Origin: an uncultured bacterium
GTDB lineage: Bacteria > Desulfobacterota > GWC2-55-46 > DRQE01
Assembly (NCBI GenBank): GCA_965371285.1
Contig: CBDUXU010000003.1
Location: forward strand, 1-36,539
Direction: 5' to 3'
DNA length: 36,539 bases
In this document: positions 35,631-36,539 of the stretch, one piece after another
How the letters are laid out: the number at the start of each line of letters is the position of its first letter
Numbering within the stretch: the stretch's first letter is position 1
Notes under the pieces: generated by a model
What the model was told of the DNA's origin: nothing
What the model saw: the letters and a program-made list of their open reading frames with translations, nothing else
Database searches by the model: none
Made by a program: the position numbers and the translations under genes

Positions 35631-36506
35631 TTAAATTCTTACCCATTCTTTTGGTATTAAATCACTTGTATCGTACTTGTCATACTGAAACCACTTTTTA
35701 GGGGCTACGACGGTTTTATCTTTATTAGTATTTAACCAAGCACCCCACCAGCTGAATGTCGAGTTTGCAATTATATTATGCCTGCACCTGCTCATTAAAA
35801 TCATATCTTCGTAACAACTCTCCGGGCCATTATGGTCAACCATAATAACAGGTTGGTCTAAAAACAAATTATCTTTTGCCCATTGAAGGTCATCGCTGAA
35901 AATAAAAAAATTTAAGTCTCCACCTACCTTGTCTTCTAAATACTTAATACCTCTCTGGTAGTAATCAAGAGAACAGAGCCCGTATTGACTGTTCACCTTA
36001 GGGTTTGTCGCATAATCACCACGCCTTATGTGTATGGATACGGAGTTACTACTGTTTATAATTTCCTGAAGTTCTTTGCTCTTATCACCTAGACCCCTCT
36101 TTAAAGTAAAATCATTCCTTATAATAGACTTTATATCTTTAAAGTATCTTTCGTTTTGCCAATAACCTTCTAGAAAGACATTATTCTCTAAATTTAAAAA
36201 TCTCTCATTAAACTCAAAAAGGGGCTTTTCCATTATATGAGAGGGCGAATATTTATTTTTTTTACCGAAAACCCTGCCAATAAACGACTGTTTGCCTTCT
36301 ATTACCCTTAAACTCTCTACATCTTCTTTCGTTGCAAAATTTTCTTTTACATTAAAGCCACCGAGGGAGTAATCTCTTAAATCGTGACCTTCAAAACCCG
36401 ATACATCTAACTTTAATTCAACACCAAGCCTTTCGGCAAGGGCTCTGCCTGCAGCGTACTGAAACATCTGGTTTCCCAGCCCACCAAGAATTTTAGTAAT
36501 AATCAT
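35631..36506 (-). CDS. Glycosyltransferase family 11 (alpha-1,2-fucosyltransferase-like)
   Basis: GGLGNQMFQYA, LEGYWQ, SIHIRRGDY, FSDD, NSTFSWWGAWL. Confidence 0.94.
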   Translation of the reverse strand: MIITKILGGLGNQMFQYAAGRALAERLGVELKLDVSGFEGHDLRDYSLGGFNVKENFATKEDVESLRVIEGKQSFIGRVFGKKNKYSPSHIMEKPLFEFNERFLNLENNVFLEGYWQNERYFKDIKSIIRNDFTLKRGLGDKSKELQEIINSSNSVSIHIRRGDYATNPKVNSQYGLCSLDYYQRGIKYLEDKVGGDLNFFIFSDDLQWAKDNLFLDQPVIMVDHNGPESCYEDMILMSRCRHNIIANSTFSWWGAWLNTNKDKTVVAPKKWFQYDKYDTSDLIPKEWVRI

Positions 36507-36539
36507 AGAATAATTTCACTCTTACTTTTTCTTTAACAA

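Noticed and set aside
36507-36539. 3' end of an upstream operon gene
   Set aside because: Only 33 bp are visible, too little to support a call.

Overview
AT-rich bacterial chromosomal segment, probably near the replication origin. The gene content suggests a deltaproteobacterial/Desulfobacterota-like lineage, but this is inference only. The left 16.4 kb is housekeeping. It contains mnmG-rsmG-parA-parB (minus strand) with parS sites, carD-ispD-ispF-gltX-cysS (plus), a TPR lipoprotein-LolB-like lipoprotein-ftsY-PilZ operon (minus), a small hypothetical gene, trxA, a TlpA-like thioredoxin and rpe. The right 20 kb is the distal part of a Wzx-type surface polysaccharide operon (minus) that probably continues past the window edge. 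It encodes GT11, a truncated epimerase, Wzx, several GT2/GT4 enzymes, a methyltransferase, an uncharacterised beta-propeller, a CDP-3,6-dideoxyhexose module without DdhD, an AsnB-like amidotransferase, Gmd and ManC. The most unusual signal is non-coding. The spacers of mnmG-rsmG-parA-parB are inflated (about 208, 257 and 475 bp). They hold about 16 short palindromes with variable, self-complementary arms and a 3-nt centre (mostly TGA/TGC), three tandem IHF-consensus repeat units, and parS sites, some abutting the palindromes. No rRNA, tRNA, CRISPR array or transposase was seen. All calls come from reading the sequence and motifs; no database searches were run.
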